Made by a program: the position numbers and the translations under genes. From the NCBI GenBank assembly GCA_010909165.1, contig VJWM01000218.1:186001-250000 (forward strand): a DNA stretch of 64,000 nucleotides. The letters run 5' to 3'. This document shows, in pieces, positions 1 to 14,435 of the stretch (positions are counted from its first letter, which is position 1; the number at the start of each line of letters is the position of its first letter). The notes under the pieces were generated by a model. That model was given only the letters and a program-made list of their open reading frames with translations. It was not told where the DNA came from and did no database searches. The DNA is from Anthoceros angustus. Lineage: Eukaryota > Plantae > Anthocerotophyta.

Positions 1-132
1 AATACATGTCTTGTGAATGCGCAACTTGATACAAAGTTTGTACAATCCAGTTGTATTATACATGTGAAGTCAACTCACGGTCCACCTAGGCAAGGTCTAA
101 AACCCCAACATTTTGTACGCTTATGTTATGCG

Positions 133-587
133 TTATAAATCGCCTAGGTGCATGCATTTTGGTACAGTACCATGGAAGATGGGAACGAGTTTGTCATCTT
201 CAAGTTCAAAGGGCGTCTACAAAGGGCGTTGGCTCCTCCATGTTCCACCCATTCATCAATACATGTCTTGAAATGTGTGGGAGCACTGATAATTGTCTTT
301 TCACCTTGAAATCGCATGGCATATGCCTTAATCGCCTGTTCTGACAGTGATGATTCAAACTCATCAGGATACTAGCAATTTACCGCTTATGGCGCGATGA
401 CATAGCAATCAACACTCTAGTTTCTTGTCGGTGACATTGAGAAAGTCGGAAGTGGAAGAGGGGTCCGGTTGCAGCGAGATGGAGATCAAAAGGCGCGTGA
501 CAGCGTTGAGCGTCCACATTGATGCCACGAACTGACTTTGCCAAAGCCACCCAGTATAAGCGCAAATCAACAATAGATGCAGCGCAT
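133..587 (-). CDS. RING-H2 E3 ligase-like gene, copy 1 (frameshifted as assembled)
   Basis: ATG landmark (cattgatcctag), stop landmark (ttataaatcgcc) and RING core sequence are present. Confidence 0.6.
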
Positions 588-1474
588 TGATCCTAGATTG
601 TGGAGGTGCTGCATTGTAGATGTGGAAACCACCGGCACCTAGTGAGCTCTTTCCTCGTGATACCTTTGTATGGGCATGCTACATTTTATAGAGCCATTGT
701 AGGAGATGCGTCCAAAGGCCAAGGAATGTTGCAATCAAACATAGTGGTTCGCACAAAGTAAGACAAATGTCGAGGCAAACGATTCCAATATTTCCAAATG
801 AGGGATCGACCGCGCAACACATTGAGGATGGCACCGATTGGCGGTCCGCACCGTTCCAACCCGATGATGAGGCATGCCGTGGTTGTAGAGTGAATGCTGG
901 AATTGCGTGAGGTTGACTTGCCCGATACGAGTCTTTGGGCGATAGCGGACGTCAACCCGGGTAATGTTTGGTTAAGTCGAATGGTGCTCTGCCGGAAGAT
1001 GAGGTCGTTCACAAGCCACGTCGGTAGGCACGGCTGCGGTGCCTCCATGACTCCCGGGTGCCGATGCGTCGGGACTCACCCTGGCGAATCGTCAACACCG
1101 GCGCACAAGAATCTGGCGTGCGGTTGGCGGCCTCGGGCGGGACTTTACCCGGGTCGAGACGGTGACGGACGCTTAGCAGTGCGGCGCCAGCGCCAAGGTT
1201 ACATCATTTAGCTTTCGGTTAAATCAATATGACAACCAGTCGCTTTCCGGACGCCAATTCACGTGGAACCATTTAAAGGATGCCGTGGTTGCTTTCATCA
1301 TCATTCTTGAAGAAGAAAGAAATGGAATTTTTGAGTGTCACTTCAATACATGTCTTGTGAAATCGAACTTGATACAAAGTTTATTACAATCGATTGTATT
1401 ATACATGTGAAGTCAACTTTCACGGTCCACCTAGGCAAGGTCTAAAACCCCAACATTTTGTACGCTTATTTGCG

Positions 1475-1947
1475 TTATAAATCGCCTAAGGTCTGGCCGG
1501 TACGGTACCATGTGGAAGATGGGGAAAGCGAGTTTGTCATCTTCGTCTAAAGGACGCCTACAAAGAGGACATTGGTTCTTCCATGTTCCACCCATTCATC
1601 AATACATGTCTTGTGAAATGTGTGGGAGCACCTTGATAATTGTCGCCTCCTCACTTGGAAATCGCTAAGGCATATGCTGCAATCGCTCACGACTTGATGT
1701 GATGATTCAAACTCATGGTAAGGATACCCCCAGCAGTTGTATCGGCGCTCGATGACATAGCAATCAACACTCTAGTTTCTTGTCGAGGTGACATTGAGAA
1801 AGTCGGAAGTGGAAGAGGGGTCCTTGCCGTTACGCAGATGGAGATCAGAGCGCACGTGACAGCGTTGAGAACGTCCATTGATGCCACGAACTAATGACTT
1901 GCCAAAGCCACCGTATCAAACGCAAATCAACAATGAGTACGCTGCAT
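1475..1947 (-). CDS. RING-H2 gene, copy 2 (frameshifted as assembled)
   Basis: Start and stop landmarks; RQETRVLIAMSS fragment in the ORF track. Confidence 0.6.
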
Positions 1948-2857
1948 TGATCCTAGATTGTGGAGGTGCTGCAGAATCTGTAGATGTGAAACCACCGACA
2001 CCTAGTGAGCTTCCTTTCCTCGTGATACCTTTGTATGGGCAATGCTACATTTTATAGAGCCATTGTAGGAGATGCCAAATCAAGGCCAAGGAATGTTGCA
2101 ATCAAAACAAGTGGTTCGCACCAAAGTAAGACAAATGGTATCGAGCCAAGAACGATTCCAATATTTCCAAATGAGGGATCGACACAAGCAACACATTGAG
2201 GATGGCACCGATTGGCGGTCCGCACCGGTTCGCTGAGCATGAGTATGCGATGCATCGCGTGGTATGGCCGAATTGCGGAATTCGTGAGGTTGTTGACTTG
2301 CCCGATACGAGTCTTTGACGATGGGGCGGTCAGCGATGGCCAAGTAATGTTTGGTTAAGTCGAATTTGGTGCTCCCGCCGGGAAGATGAGGCATAGTTCA
2401 CCGGCCACGTCGGTAGGCACGCCGGCACTCATGACTCCGGTGTGCGATGGTGCGTCGGGACTCCGAGCCCTCGCGAATGGTAACCCGGCCTTTTCGAATA
2501 CGCGTCGGTTGGCCGACGCCTCGGGCCGGACTCCGGGAGGTCGGCCAGGCAACGACGGACGCTACGAGGCGGCCGCCGCAAGGTTGCATCATTGCTTCGG
2601 TTCGAAATTCAACGACCGATCGCTCGCGGGCGTAATTCACGTGAACCCGGTTTAAAGGATGCCGTGGTTGCTCGACTATCATGATTCTTCAAGAAAGAAA
2701 TGGAATTTTTGAGTGTCCACTTCAATACATGTCTTGTAAATGCGCAACTTGATACAAAGTTTATTACAATCGATCAGTATTATACATGTGAAGTCAACTT
2801 TCACGGTCCACCTAGGCAAGGTCTAAAACCCCAACATTTTGTACGCTTGTATGTTGG

Positions 2858-3337
2858 GTATAAATACGCCTAGTATCCAGCATTTTGGTACCATGTGGAA
2901 GATGGGAAAGCGAGTTTGTCATCTTCAAGTTCAAAGGGCGTCTACAAAGAGGACAATTGGCTCCTCCATGTTCCACCCATTCATCAATACATGTCTTGTG
3001 AAATGTGTGGAGCACCTTGATAATTGTCTTCTTCCTCATCTACCTTGAAATCGTTAGGCATATCTTTTAATCGCTCTCCTCTTGATGTGATGATTCAAAC
3101 TCATCGTGAGGATACCCCCAGCAATTTGTTGGTGGCGCACGATGACATAGCAATCAACACTCCTGTTTCTTGTCGAGTGACATTGAGAAAGTCGGAAGTG
3201 GAAGAGGGGTCACCGGGTTGCGTGATGGAGATCCAAGAGGACGCGGACAACGTTGAGAACGTCACATTGATGCCGCAACTAATGACTTTGCCAAAGCCAC
3301 CGTACTCAAAGCGCAAATCAACAATGAGTACGCGCAT
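2858..3337 (-). CDS. RING-H2 gene, copy 3 (frameshifted as assembled)
   Basis: ORF fragments MRVLIVDLR...DPSSTSDFLNVTRQETGVLIAMSS and HTFHKTCIDEWVEHGGANCPLCRRPL. Confidence 0.65.
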
Positions 3338-4318
3338 TGATCCTAGATTGTGGAGTCTTTGCGGTAGATGTGAAACCACCGACACCTAGTGAGCCTTTCC
3401 TCGTGATACCTTTGTATGGGCAGGTACTACATTTTATAGAGCCATTGTGGAGATGCCAAATCCAAAGGCCAAGAATGTTGCAATCAACACCAGGTGGTTC
3501 GCACAAAGTAAGACAAATGGTATCGAGAGCCGAGCGATTCCAATATTTCAAATGAGGGGATCGACACCGGACAACACATTGAGGATGTACGATTGGCGGT
3601 CCACACCGCCTGGCGATGATATATAGTGCACGCTAATAGCGTGGTAGCCAAGTGAATGTAGTGCGTGAGTTGTTGACTTGCCCGATACGAGTCTTTGAGG
3701 CGATAAGCAGAGACGGTCAGCAACCCGAGTGTAATGTTTGGTTAAGTGAATTTGGTGCTCTGCGCCCCTGGAAGATGAGGCATCGTTCACAAGCCACGCC
3801 GGTGAGCGCAGTGCCGGTTGCACTCATGACTCCGGGTGCCGATGGAAAAGGTCAGAACTCGACCCCTCGCGAATCACGTCGACTACCGGTCAAGCACTCG
3901 GGAATAAATCTTAGGTTGCCGGCCGTAACACGCTCTCGGGCGCCGGACTCCGAGGTCAGACGAGCAGCAAGGGCAACGCTTACGAGTCTGTGGCCAGCGC
4001 CGCAAGGGGTTGCATTATCATTGCTTTTCGGTTGCTCAGGCCCCGACCAAATGATACGTTCACCGCACGCTTCGCCTTAATTCCACGTGAACCTGGACTT
4101 TAAAGGATGCCGTGGTTGCTCGACTATCGGTGATTCTTCAAGAAAAAGAAATGGAATTTTTGAGTGTCCACTTCAATACATGTCTTGTGAAATGCGCAAC
4201 TGATTGATACAAAGTTTATTATTACAATCGATTGTATTATACATGTGAAGTCAATCTTTCACGGTGCACCCTAGGCAAGGTCTGAAAACCCCAACATTTT
4301 GTATGCAACATGTTATGC

Positions 4319-4854
4319 TTATAAATCATTTGTGTCCTAGATGCAATGTTTGTTTGGTACCATGTGGAAGATGGGAAACTTGCAGTTTGTCAGCCTCTTC
4401 AAGTTCAAAGGAGCGTCTACAAAGAGGAACAAGTTAGGCTCCTCCATGTTCCACCCATTCATCAATATACATGTCTTGTGAAATGTGTACAGAGCACCTT
4501 GATAATTGTCTTTGCTTTCATCGTACCTTGAAAGTAGTTAAGGCATATCTTCGCAACTCGCTCTCTGACATGACAGTGATGATTCGAAATTGGCATCGGC
4601 GGCCGATAATTCTAGCAAGAATTGTTGGTCAGCTTTGATATTTTGACATAGCAATCAACACTCTAGTTTCTTGTCGAAAGTGACATTGAGAAAGTCGGAG
4701 TGGAAGAGGGGTCATCGTCAGGTTGCGGCGATGGAGATCCAAAGAACGTTTGAGTGACAACGCTTGAGAAGCGATCACATGATGCCACTTAACTAATGAC
4801 TTTGCCAGCCAAATGTGCATTCTCAAGCGCAAATCAACAATGAGTCTGCGCGGT
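4319..4854 (-). CDS. RING-H2 gene, copy 4 (heavily corrupted, insertion-rich)
   Basis: Homologous to the consensus throughout; start landmark corrupted; coordinates approximate. Confidence 0.5.
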
Positions 4855-5874
4855 GGATCCAGATTGTGAGAGTGTCATAGCCTCGAGATGTGAAACCACC
4901 ATTATTACCTAGTGAGCTTAACCTTTCACCGCGGATACCTTTGTATGGGCAAATGTGCTACATTTTATAAACCATTGTAGGAGATGCAATCAAAGGACCA
5001 AGAATAATGTTGCAATCAACAATCGGCAGTGGAGTTCGCACTTACAACAAAGTAAGACAAATGGTATCGAAGAGCCAAGGAGCAGTTCCAATATTTCCAA
5101 ATGAGGGATCGACACTTGCATGACAACGCATATTGAGAGGATGGCACGGACATGCGGTCACCTTCCGATTCGGCCCTAGCATTGATGAGGCGTATGCGAT
5201 CACGCAGCGTAATTGTGGCCAAGTGAATTGAATTAAGTGAGGTTGATTGACTTGCCCGATACACGCGAGGTCTTTGGCGATAAGCGGGACGGTCAACCGG
5301 GGTAATGTTTGGTTAAGCTTCTAATTTGGTGCTCCCGCCTGCCGGGAAGATGAGGCATCGTTCACAAAAACCACGTCGGTGACACGCTTTCGGTGCACTC
5401 ACGACTCCGGGTACCGATGGTGCGTGGGACTCGACCGCCCCGAATGCGTTTCTGTCAACTTACCGCGCACTCGGGAATCTGCGGTCGTTGGCGGCGCTCT
5501 GGGACATGTAGGGACTCCGGGACTTCGGGCCTGATTTTAACGACTGGACGCTGCTGAAAAAGCTTGGTCGGCGCCGCAGGACACATCATTTGGCTATCAT
5601 TCGGTTCGTCGGCCCATTATGACAGATCGATCGCGCCGCGACTGCCAATTCACGTGAACCGGATTTAAAGGATGCCGTGGTTGCTCGACTATCGGCGATT
5701 CTTGAAGAAAGAAATGGAATTTTTGAGTGTCCCTTTAATAGCATCTTGTGAAATGCGAATCTTGATACAAAGTTTATTACAATCGATTATTATACATGTG
5801 AAGTCAACTTTCACGGTCCACCCTGAATTGTAAAAGGTCTAAAACCCCAACATTTTATGTACGCTTATGTTGCG

Positions 5875-6388
5875 TTATAAATCGCCTAAATTCTCAGGCC
5901 GGTCGGTACCATGTGGAAGATGGAAACGAAGCAGGTTTGTCATCTTCAAGTTCAAAGGCGCTCTACAAAGAGACGGAGTTGGCTCCTCCATGTTCCACCC
6001 ATTCATCAATACATGTCTTGTGAAATGCAGGGGAGCACCTTGATAATTGTGCTTCCTTCCTCATCAGCCTTGAATCGTTAAGGCATGCTGCAATCGCTCT
6101 CCTGACATGACAGGGTGATGATTCGAGGAAACTCATCGGCGGGGATACGGGGATTTTAACGTTTGGTTATCACCGATTGACATAGTAGCAATCAACACTC
6201 TAGTTTCTTGTCGGTGACATTGAGAAAGTCGGAAGTGGAAGAGGGGGTCCTTGGTTGCGGCGGATGGAGATCCAAAGGCGACGCGTGACAACGTTGAGCG
6301 TCACATTGATGCCACGTAACCTAATGACTTTTGCCAAAGCCACCGTGCTCAAACGCAAATCCAGGTAACAATGAGTATTAAGCGCGAT
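5875..6388 (-). CDS. RING-H2 gene, copy 5 (frameshifted as assembled)
   Basis: DLRLSTVALAK fragment and RING nucleotide core. Confidence 0.55.
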
Positions 6389-7336
6389 TGATCCTAGATT
6401 GTGGAGTGCTGCATTTACCGATGTGGAAACCACCGACACTCTAGTGAGCTTCCTTTCTCTTTGTGATACCTTTGTATGGGCGGCTCGTGCTACATTTTAT
6501 AGAGCCATTGTAGGAGATGCCAAATCCAAGGCCAAGGAATGTTGCAATCAAATCAAAGTGGTTAGCACAAAGTAAGACAAATGTATAGAGAGCCAAGGAA
6601 GCGATTCCAATATTTCCAAATGAGGGATTTACACCGTGACAACACATTGAGGATAGCCGGATTGGCGGTCCAGCACCAGTTCCACCGCCGGCGATGATAG
6701 TATCACGGCCAATACGCCGTGGTGGCTAGGCGAATAAGTGCGGGATGCGTGAGGTTGTTGACTTGCGATACACGCAGGTGGGTGTGGGCGATAATGGCCG
6801 AGACAGTCAACGAGGGTAATGTTTGGTTAAGTCAATGGTGGTGCTCTGCGCCTTGGAAGATGAGGTATCGTTGCAAGCCACGTCGGTGCCGAGCACGGCT
6901 GCCGGTGCACTCATGACTCGGGGTGCCGATGGTGCGTCGGGACTCCAGAGCCCTGGCGATCGTCAACTTCTGCGGCCGCACTCGGAATACGATCGGTTGG
7001 CGGCCTCTCGGGCGCGGGACTCCAGTCGACGGGACGACGCTTACGGAGTCTGGCCCAGGCGCGCAAGGTTGCACATCATTTGCTTTCGGTTCGTCAGGCG
7101 TATGACGGTCATTTCATGGGCCAATTCACGTGAACGGTTTAAAGGATCGTGGTTGCTGACTATCGGCGATTCTTGAAGAAATGGAATTTTTTGGTGTCCA
7201 CTTCAATACATGTCTTGTGAAATGCGCACTTGATACAAGTTTATTACAATCGATTGTATTATACATGTGAAGTCAACTTTCCTGCGGTCCACCTAGGCAA
7301 GGTCTAAAACCCCAACATTTTGTCGCTTATGTTGCG

Positions 7337-7807
7337 TTATAAGTCCTTAGATGCAACCTTTGTGGTACCATGTGGAAGATGGAAGCAGGTTTGTCATCTT
7401 CAAGTTCAGAGACGTCTACAAAGAGGGAGTTGGCTCCTCCATGTTCCACCCATTCATCAATACATGTCTTGTGAAATGTGTGGAGCACCTTGATAATTGT
7501 CTTGCTTCCTCATCGGCCTTGAAATCGTTAGGCATATCAATCGCTCTCTGTTCTGTGGTGATGATTGAAACTCATCGGCGGGGATACCCCTAGCAAGTGG
7601 TGGCGCTGATGACATAGCAATCAACACTCTGTTTTCTTGTCGGTGACATTGAGAAAGTCGAGGAAGTGGAAGAGGGGTCCAGTTTGCGTGAGATGGAGAT
7701 CCAAAGAGCGCGTGACAACGTTGAGAGCGTCACATTGATGCCACGAACTAATGACTTTGCCAAAGCCACCATTACTCAAAGCGCAAATCAACAATGATGC
7801 AGCGCAT
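7337..7807 (-). CDS. RING-H2 gene, copy 6 (frameshifted as assembled)
   Basis: VALAKSLVRGINVTLSTLSRALWISI fragment; landmarks present. Confidence 0.6.
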
Positions 7808-8722
7808 TGATCCTAGATTGTGGAGTGCTTTACTTGTTGTAGATGTGAAACCACCGACACCTAGTGAGCTTCCTTTCTCTGATACCTTTGTAAATGTGCT
7901 GCATTTTATGAGCCATTGTAGAGATGCTTAAATCCAAAGGCCAGGATGTTGCAATCAAACAAGTGGTTAACAAAGTAAGACAAATGGTATCGAGAGCCGA
8001 AACGATTCCAATATTTCCAAATGAGGGGATCGACACGGCAACATTGAGGATAGCCTTGGGATTGGCGGTCCGCTGCAGTTCACTTGCGATGATGATGTCG
8101 CGATCGCACGTGTTGTAAGTGAATTCTTGAATTGCGTGAGGTTGTTGACTTGCATACACGAGGGTCTTTGGCGATAGCGGGGCGGATCAACCGGGGTAAT
8201 GTTTGGTTAAGTCAATTTGGTGCTCCTGCGGAAGATGAGGCATCGTTCACAAGCCACGTCGGTAAACCTGCGGTGCACTCATGACTCCCGGGTGCTGGTG
8301 CGTCGGGACTCCCCGACCCCTCAGCGAATGCGTCGGCTTTTCACCGCCGCACTCGGGAATACAGCGTGCTTGGTTGGCAGCTCTCGGGCGTAGGGACTCC
8401 GGGTCGGACGGAGACGACGGACGCTTGGCAGTGCTTGGCCTTGAGGTTACATCATTTGCTCGTTCGTGTGACCCAACGACCCGGATCGCTCATGAGGGCA
8501 ATTCACGTGAACGGATTTAAAGGATCTGGTGGTTGCTTTCGACTATCGTGATTCTTGAAGAAAGAAATGGAATTTTTTGGTGTCTCACTTCAATACATGT
8601 CTTGTGAAATCGCAACTTGATACAAAGTTTATTACAATCGATTGTATTATACATATGAAGTCAACTTTCACGGTCCACCTAAACGAGTCTAAAACCCCAA
8701 CATTTTGTACGCTTATGTTGCG

Positions 8723-9096
8723 TTATAAATACGCTAGGTACATCTTTGGTACCATGTGGAAGATGGGAAGCTTAGTTTGTCATCTTCAAGTTCAAAGGGC
8801 GTCTACAAAGAGGACTTGGCTCCTCCATGTTCACCATTCATCAATACATGTCTTGTGAAATGTGTGGGAGCACCTTGATAATTGTCTTTGCTTCCCATCG
8901 GCCTGGTTGAACATTGTTTAGGCTGGCTGTGCAATTCTATGGTGTGTTGTGGTGGTGCTGGTGGGCATTCAACCAGCCAGCCTGATACCCCTCAAAAGTC
9001 AGGGCCTTTGGTTGCGGATGGAAACCACACGTGACACCTAGTGGGCTAATGACTTTCCAAGCCACTGATCAACCGTCAACAGTAGATCGGCGCGGT
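8723..9096 (-). pseudogene. RING-H2 gene, copy 7 (N-terminal half garbled and shortened)
   Basis: RING core intact to ~8900; 8900-9230 is poorly alignable; the unit is ~150 bp shorter than average. Confidence 0.5.
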
Positions 9097-9941
9097 GATC
9101 CTAGATTGTGGAGGTCTCTTTGTAGAGATGAAATCCAAAGGTAGTGAGCTTCCTTTCTTGATACCTTTGTAGTGTTGGCACCAAAGTGCAAAAAGGCAAG
9201 TAAATTAGCCGAGAGCCAAGGAGGAATGTTCCAGTATTTCCAAATGAGATAAAACGACAGCGGCACCCACATTGAGATGGCCATAGGATTGGCCAGTCGC
9301 ACCCGGTTCATTCATGATGAGTATGCGCACGATGCACTTGCGTGGTGGCCAAGTAATTGCGGAGTGCGTGAGTTGTTGACTTAGATACAGTCTTGGGCGA
9401 TAGCGGGGCTGATCAACACGGGGTAATGTTTGTTCGTCGAATTTGGTGCTCCTGCCGGGAAGATGAGCATCGTTCACAAGCCACGTCGGTGAGCGCAGTG
9501 CCGGTGCACTCATGACTCCGGGTGCAGGTAGTGTCCGGGACTCCCCCCTCGCCGGGTGCGTCAACTAAAGGCGCACTCGGGTCTCCGTCTTGGGTTGGCG
9601 GCGCTCTCGGGCGGGACTCCGGGGTCGGGCCCGGCAGGGCGGCGCTTGGCGGTCTTGACACTCCAAGGTTACATCATTGGCTTTTCGGTTAGTCGAGGCC
9701 CGTAGCTTGACCCGGATCGCTCGCGGGCGTAATTCACGTGAACGGTTTAAAGGATGCGTGGTTGCCGACTATCGGCGATTCTTCAAGAAATGGAATTTTT
9801 GAGTGTCCACTTCAATACATGTCTTGTGAAATCGCTTGATACAAAGTTTGTACAATCGATTATTATACATGTGAAGTCAACTTTCACGGTCCACCTAAGA
9901 GCTGAGTCTAAAACCCCAACATTTTATGCGCTTATGTTGCG

Positions 9942-10395
9942 TTATAAAATAGCCTAGATACATGAAGTGGTACCATGTGGAAGATGGGAAGCAGGTTTGT
10001 CATCTTCAAGTTCAAGGGCGTCTACAAAGAGGTGATTGGCTCCTCCATATTCCCATTCATCAATACATGTCTTGTGAAATGTGTGGGGCACCTTGATAAT
10101 TGTCTTTGCTTCCTCATAGCCTTAAATCGTTAAGGCATATCGCAGCTCTCTGTTCACGGTGATGATTGAAACTCATCGTGAGGATACTAATTTGTTGGCT
10201 GGCGCTGATAACATGCAATCAACACTCTAGTTTCTTGTCGAGTGACATTGAGAAAGTCGGAAGTGGAAGAGAGTCCGGTTGTGAGATGGAATCGAAAGCG
10301 CCACGTGACAACGTTGAGAACGTCATTGATGCCACCGAACTAATGACTTTGCCAAAGCCACCGTATCAGCGCCAAATCAACAATGAGTGCGGCAT
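9942..10395 (-). CDS. RING-H2 gene, copy 8 (frameshifted as assembled)
   Basis: Landmarks and RING core. Confidence 0.55.
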
Positions 10396-11326
10396 TGATC
10401 CTAGATTGTGGAGAGGGTGTAGATGTGAAACCACGGCCACCTGGTGAGCTTCCTTTCTCTTGTGATACCTTTGTATGGCGGTACATGCTACATTTTATGA
10501 AGCCATTGGAGATGCAAATCCAAAGGCCAAGGAATATTGCAATCAAACATGTAAGTGGTTCGCACCAAAGTAAGACAAATGGTATAGAAATGAGAGCAGT
10601 TCAATATTTCCAAATGAGGGATCGACACGCGGCAACATTGAGATGGCACGGATTGGCGGTCCACCCGGTTCATTGGCTGATGATGAGTATGCGATGCATA
10701 CGTGGTAGCCAAATTGAATTAGCAGATTGCGTGAGTTGACTTGCAGTCTGCGAGGTCTTTGAACGATAGGGGGCCGAGTCATGGCAAGGGGTAATGTTTG
10801 GTTAGAGTAAATTTGGTGCTCTGCCGGAAGATGAGGCATCGTTCACAAGCCACGCGTCGGTAGGCACGCGCCGTGCACTCATGACTCCGGTGCCCATGGT
10901 GCGTCGGGACTCACCCCTCGCGAATCGTCAACTTACGGCGCACTTTCGGGGAATACGGCGTCTTGGGACCCAGCGGCGGCGCTCTCGGGCGCCGGGACTC
11001 CGGGGTCAGACGGCAGCGGGGCAGCTTGGCCGAGGTCTTGGTGGCGCGCAAGGTTTACTCATTGCTTTTCGGTTCGTCGGGACCAACGACCAGATCGGCT
11101 CGCGGGCCTTGATTCACGTGAACCGGATTTAAAGGATGCCGTGGTTGCTTTCGACTATGATTCTTGAGAAAGAAAGAAATGGAATTTTGAGTGTCACTTC
11201 ATCATGTCTTGAGATGGCAACTTGGATACAAAGTTTATTACAATCGATTGTATTATACATGTGAAGTCAACTCACGGTCCACCGACAAGGTCTAAAACAC
11301 AACATTTTATGTAGCTTATATTTGGC

Positions 11327-11786
11327 GTATAAGAGCTAAATTAAAATGTTGGTGGTACCATGTGGAAGATGAACAGTTTGTCATCTTCAAGTTCAAAGAG
11401 CGTCTACAAAGAGGAGCAGTTGGCTCCTCCATGTTCCACCCATTCATCAATACATGTCTTGTGAAATGTGTGGGAGCACCTTGATAATTAGTGTCTTGCT
11501 CCTTCACCTCTTGAAATCGTTAAGGCATATCTTGCAGTAAGCTCTTACATGTCGTGATGATTCGAAACTCAGCCGGGGATACCATCCAGCAATTTGTTTG
11601 GTGGCGCGATGACATAACAATCAACACTCTGGTTTTCTTCATCAGTGACATTGAGGAAAGCTCGGAGAGTGGAAGAGGGTCACTTGCGATGGAGATCAAG
11701 AACGTGACAACGTTGAGACGTCGTGATGCCACGAAGCAATGACTTTATGACCACACAGATTCAGCAATCAACAATGAGTCACGCAT
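11327..11786 (-). CDS. RING-H2 gene, copy 9 (frameshifted as assembled)
   Basis: PLCRRSLNLKMTN fragment; landmarks present. Confidence 0.55.
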
Positions 11787-12650
11787 TGATCCTAGATTGT
11801 GGAGGTCTTTGCCGCATAGATGTGAAACCACCATGACACCTAGTGAGCTTCCTTTCTCTTGTGATACCTTTGTATGGGCATTGTACATTTTATAAAGCCA
11901 TTGTAGGAGATCAAATCCAAAGGAAGCCAGGAATATTAATCAAACGCAGTGGTTCGCTGATAAGACAATAATGAGTATGGGAACGATTCGATATTTCCAA
12001 ATGAGGGATCGACACCGCGGCAACACATTGAGGATGGGATTGGCGGTCCGCACCTTGTTCCGCTAGCTGATGATAGTATGCGATGCGAGCGTGGTGGCCA
12101 AGTGAATGAACGAGTGCGTGAGGTTGTTGACTTGCCGATACACGAGTCTTTGAGCGATAGCGGGGCAGTCAACGGTAATGTTTGGTTAAGTCGAATTTGG
12201 TGCTCTGCCGGAAGATGAGGCATCGTTCACAAGCCACGTCGGTAGGCACGGTGCCTTGCTCATGACTCCGGGTGCGATGCGTCCCGGACTCGACTTCGCG
12301 AATCGTCAACTTACCAGCGCACTTTGAAATCGCGTGCGGTTGGCGGCCTTGGCGCCGGGTCGGGCAGACGGAGCAGGGCTTGGCTCTTGGGCGCTTTAAG
12401 GGTACATCATTGCTTTCCCGATTCGTCGAGCGGCCATGACAGATCGCTGTGGGCCAATTCACGTGAAGCCCGTTTAAAGGATGCTGGTTGCTCGACTATC
12501 GATTCTTCGAGAAGAAAAATGGAATTTGGTGTCACTTCAATATGTCTTGAAATCTAAACTCAGTAAGTTTATTACAATCGATTGTATTATACATGAAGTC
12601 AACTTCGGTCCACTAGGCAGTCTAAAACCCCAACATGCGCTTGTGTTGCG

Positions 12651-13085
12651 TTATAAATGCTTCTCATTTGGTACCATATGGAAGATGGGGAAAGTTTGTC
12701 ATCTTCAAGTTCAAGGAGCGTCTACAAAGAGAATGATTGTCTATTTCCACCCATTCATCAATACATGTCTTGTGAAATGTGTAGGAGCACCTTGATAATT
12801 GTCTTCTGTGACCTTGAAATCGTTAAGGCATATGCTTTAATCGCTCTCAGGCTTGACGGTGACATTAGAAACTCATTGGCGGGATACTAGCGATGACAAC
12901 AATCAACACTCTAGTTTCTTGTCGAGTGACATTGAGAAAGTCGGAAGTGGAAGAGGGTCACCTGGTTGCGATGGAATCCAAAGAGCGCGTGACAGCGTTG
13001 AGAACCGTCACATTGATGCCCGCGAAGACTAATGACTTTACGGCCACCGTGATTTCAGCGCAAATCAACAATGAGTACGGCGCGT
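12651..13085 (-). CDS. RING-H2 gene, copy 10 (frameshifted as assembled)
   Basis: Homologous to the consensus; start landmark corrupted. Confidence 0.5.
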
Positions 13086-13973
13086 GATCCTGATTGTGGA
13101 GTCTGCACTGTAGATGTGAAACCACCGAGCACCTGGTGAGCTTCCTTTCCCTCTTGTGATACGCATTGACAGTGCTACATTTTATAGAGCCATTATGGAG
13201 ATGCCAAATCAAAATTAAGAATGTTGCAATCAAACACCGAGGTGGTTACGCACCAAAGTAAGACAAATGGTATCGAGCCAAGAGCATTTAATATTTCAAA
13301 TGAGGGATGAAACCTGCGGCAACACATTGAGATATGGCCGGATTAGCGGTCACTTGCGAGTTCATGATGATAGTGTCTGAACCGCGTGGTAGCTAATTGC
13401 GGAGTGCGTGAGGTTGTTGACTTGCCCGATGCGGTCTTTGGCGATAGAGACGGTCGCCAGGTAATGTTTAGTTAATTTGGTGCTCCACCTGGGAAGATGA
13501 GGCATAAGTTTTTAAACCACGTCGGTAGGCACACGCAGTGTAGGTGCCTCCGCGACTCGGGTGCAGGGTGCGTCGGGACTCCAAACCCTGGCGAATCGTC
13601 AACACGCGCACTTTCGGAATAAATGCTTGATTGGCCGGCAGCTCTCCGAGTGGCGGGACTTTCCGAGATCAGACCGGACGCTTGGCGGTCTTGGCCAGCG
13701 CCGCGGTTGCATCATTGGCGCGGTTCGTCGAGCACCGCGACGGTCTTCCGGACGTAATTCAATGAACCGGATTTAAAGGATGCCGTGGTTGCTCGACCTC
13801 GGTGATTCTTCAAGAAAGAAATGGAATTTTTGAGTGTCCACTTCAATACATGTCTTGTAATCGCAACTTGATACAAAGTTTATTACAATCGATTGTATTA
13901 TACATGCAAGTCAACTTTCCACGGTCCACCTAGGCAAGGTCTAAAACCCCAACATTTTATAAACTTATGTTGC

Positions 13974-14435
13974 GTATAAATGCTTCGATGCATCGGTGGT
14001 ACCATGTGGAAGATGAAACTTAATTTGTCATCTTCAAATTCAAGGAGCGTCTACAAAGAGGACAATTGTCCTCCATGTTCCACCCATTCATCAATACATG
14101 TCTTGTGAAATGTGTGGAGCACCTTGATAATTGTCGCTTCCTCATCGTGTGAAATCGTTAAGGCATATCTGCAGTAGCTCTGTTCTTGACGGTGATGATT
14201 GACTCATGGTAGATACCCCAACGGCTGTTTTGGCTGGCTGATGACATAGCAATCAACACTCTAGTTTCTTGTCGGTGGCGGAGAAGAAAGTGCGAGAGTG
14301 GAAGGGTCCTTTGGTTACAGATGGAGATCCAAAAGCGCATGCATGACAACGTGAACGTCACGGTAATTGATGCCTGAACTAATGACTTTGCAAGCCACCG
14401 TGCTCAAAGCGCAAATCAACAATGATGCAGCGCAT
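13974..14435 (-). CDS. RING-H2 gene, copy 11 (frameshifted as assembled)
   Basis: WISIC...RQETRVLIAMSS fragment; landmarks present. Confidence 0.55.
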
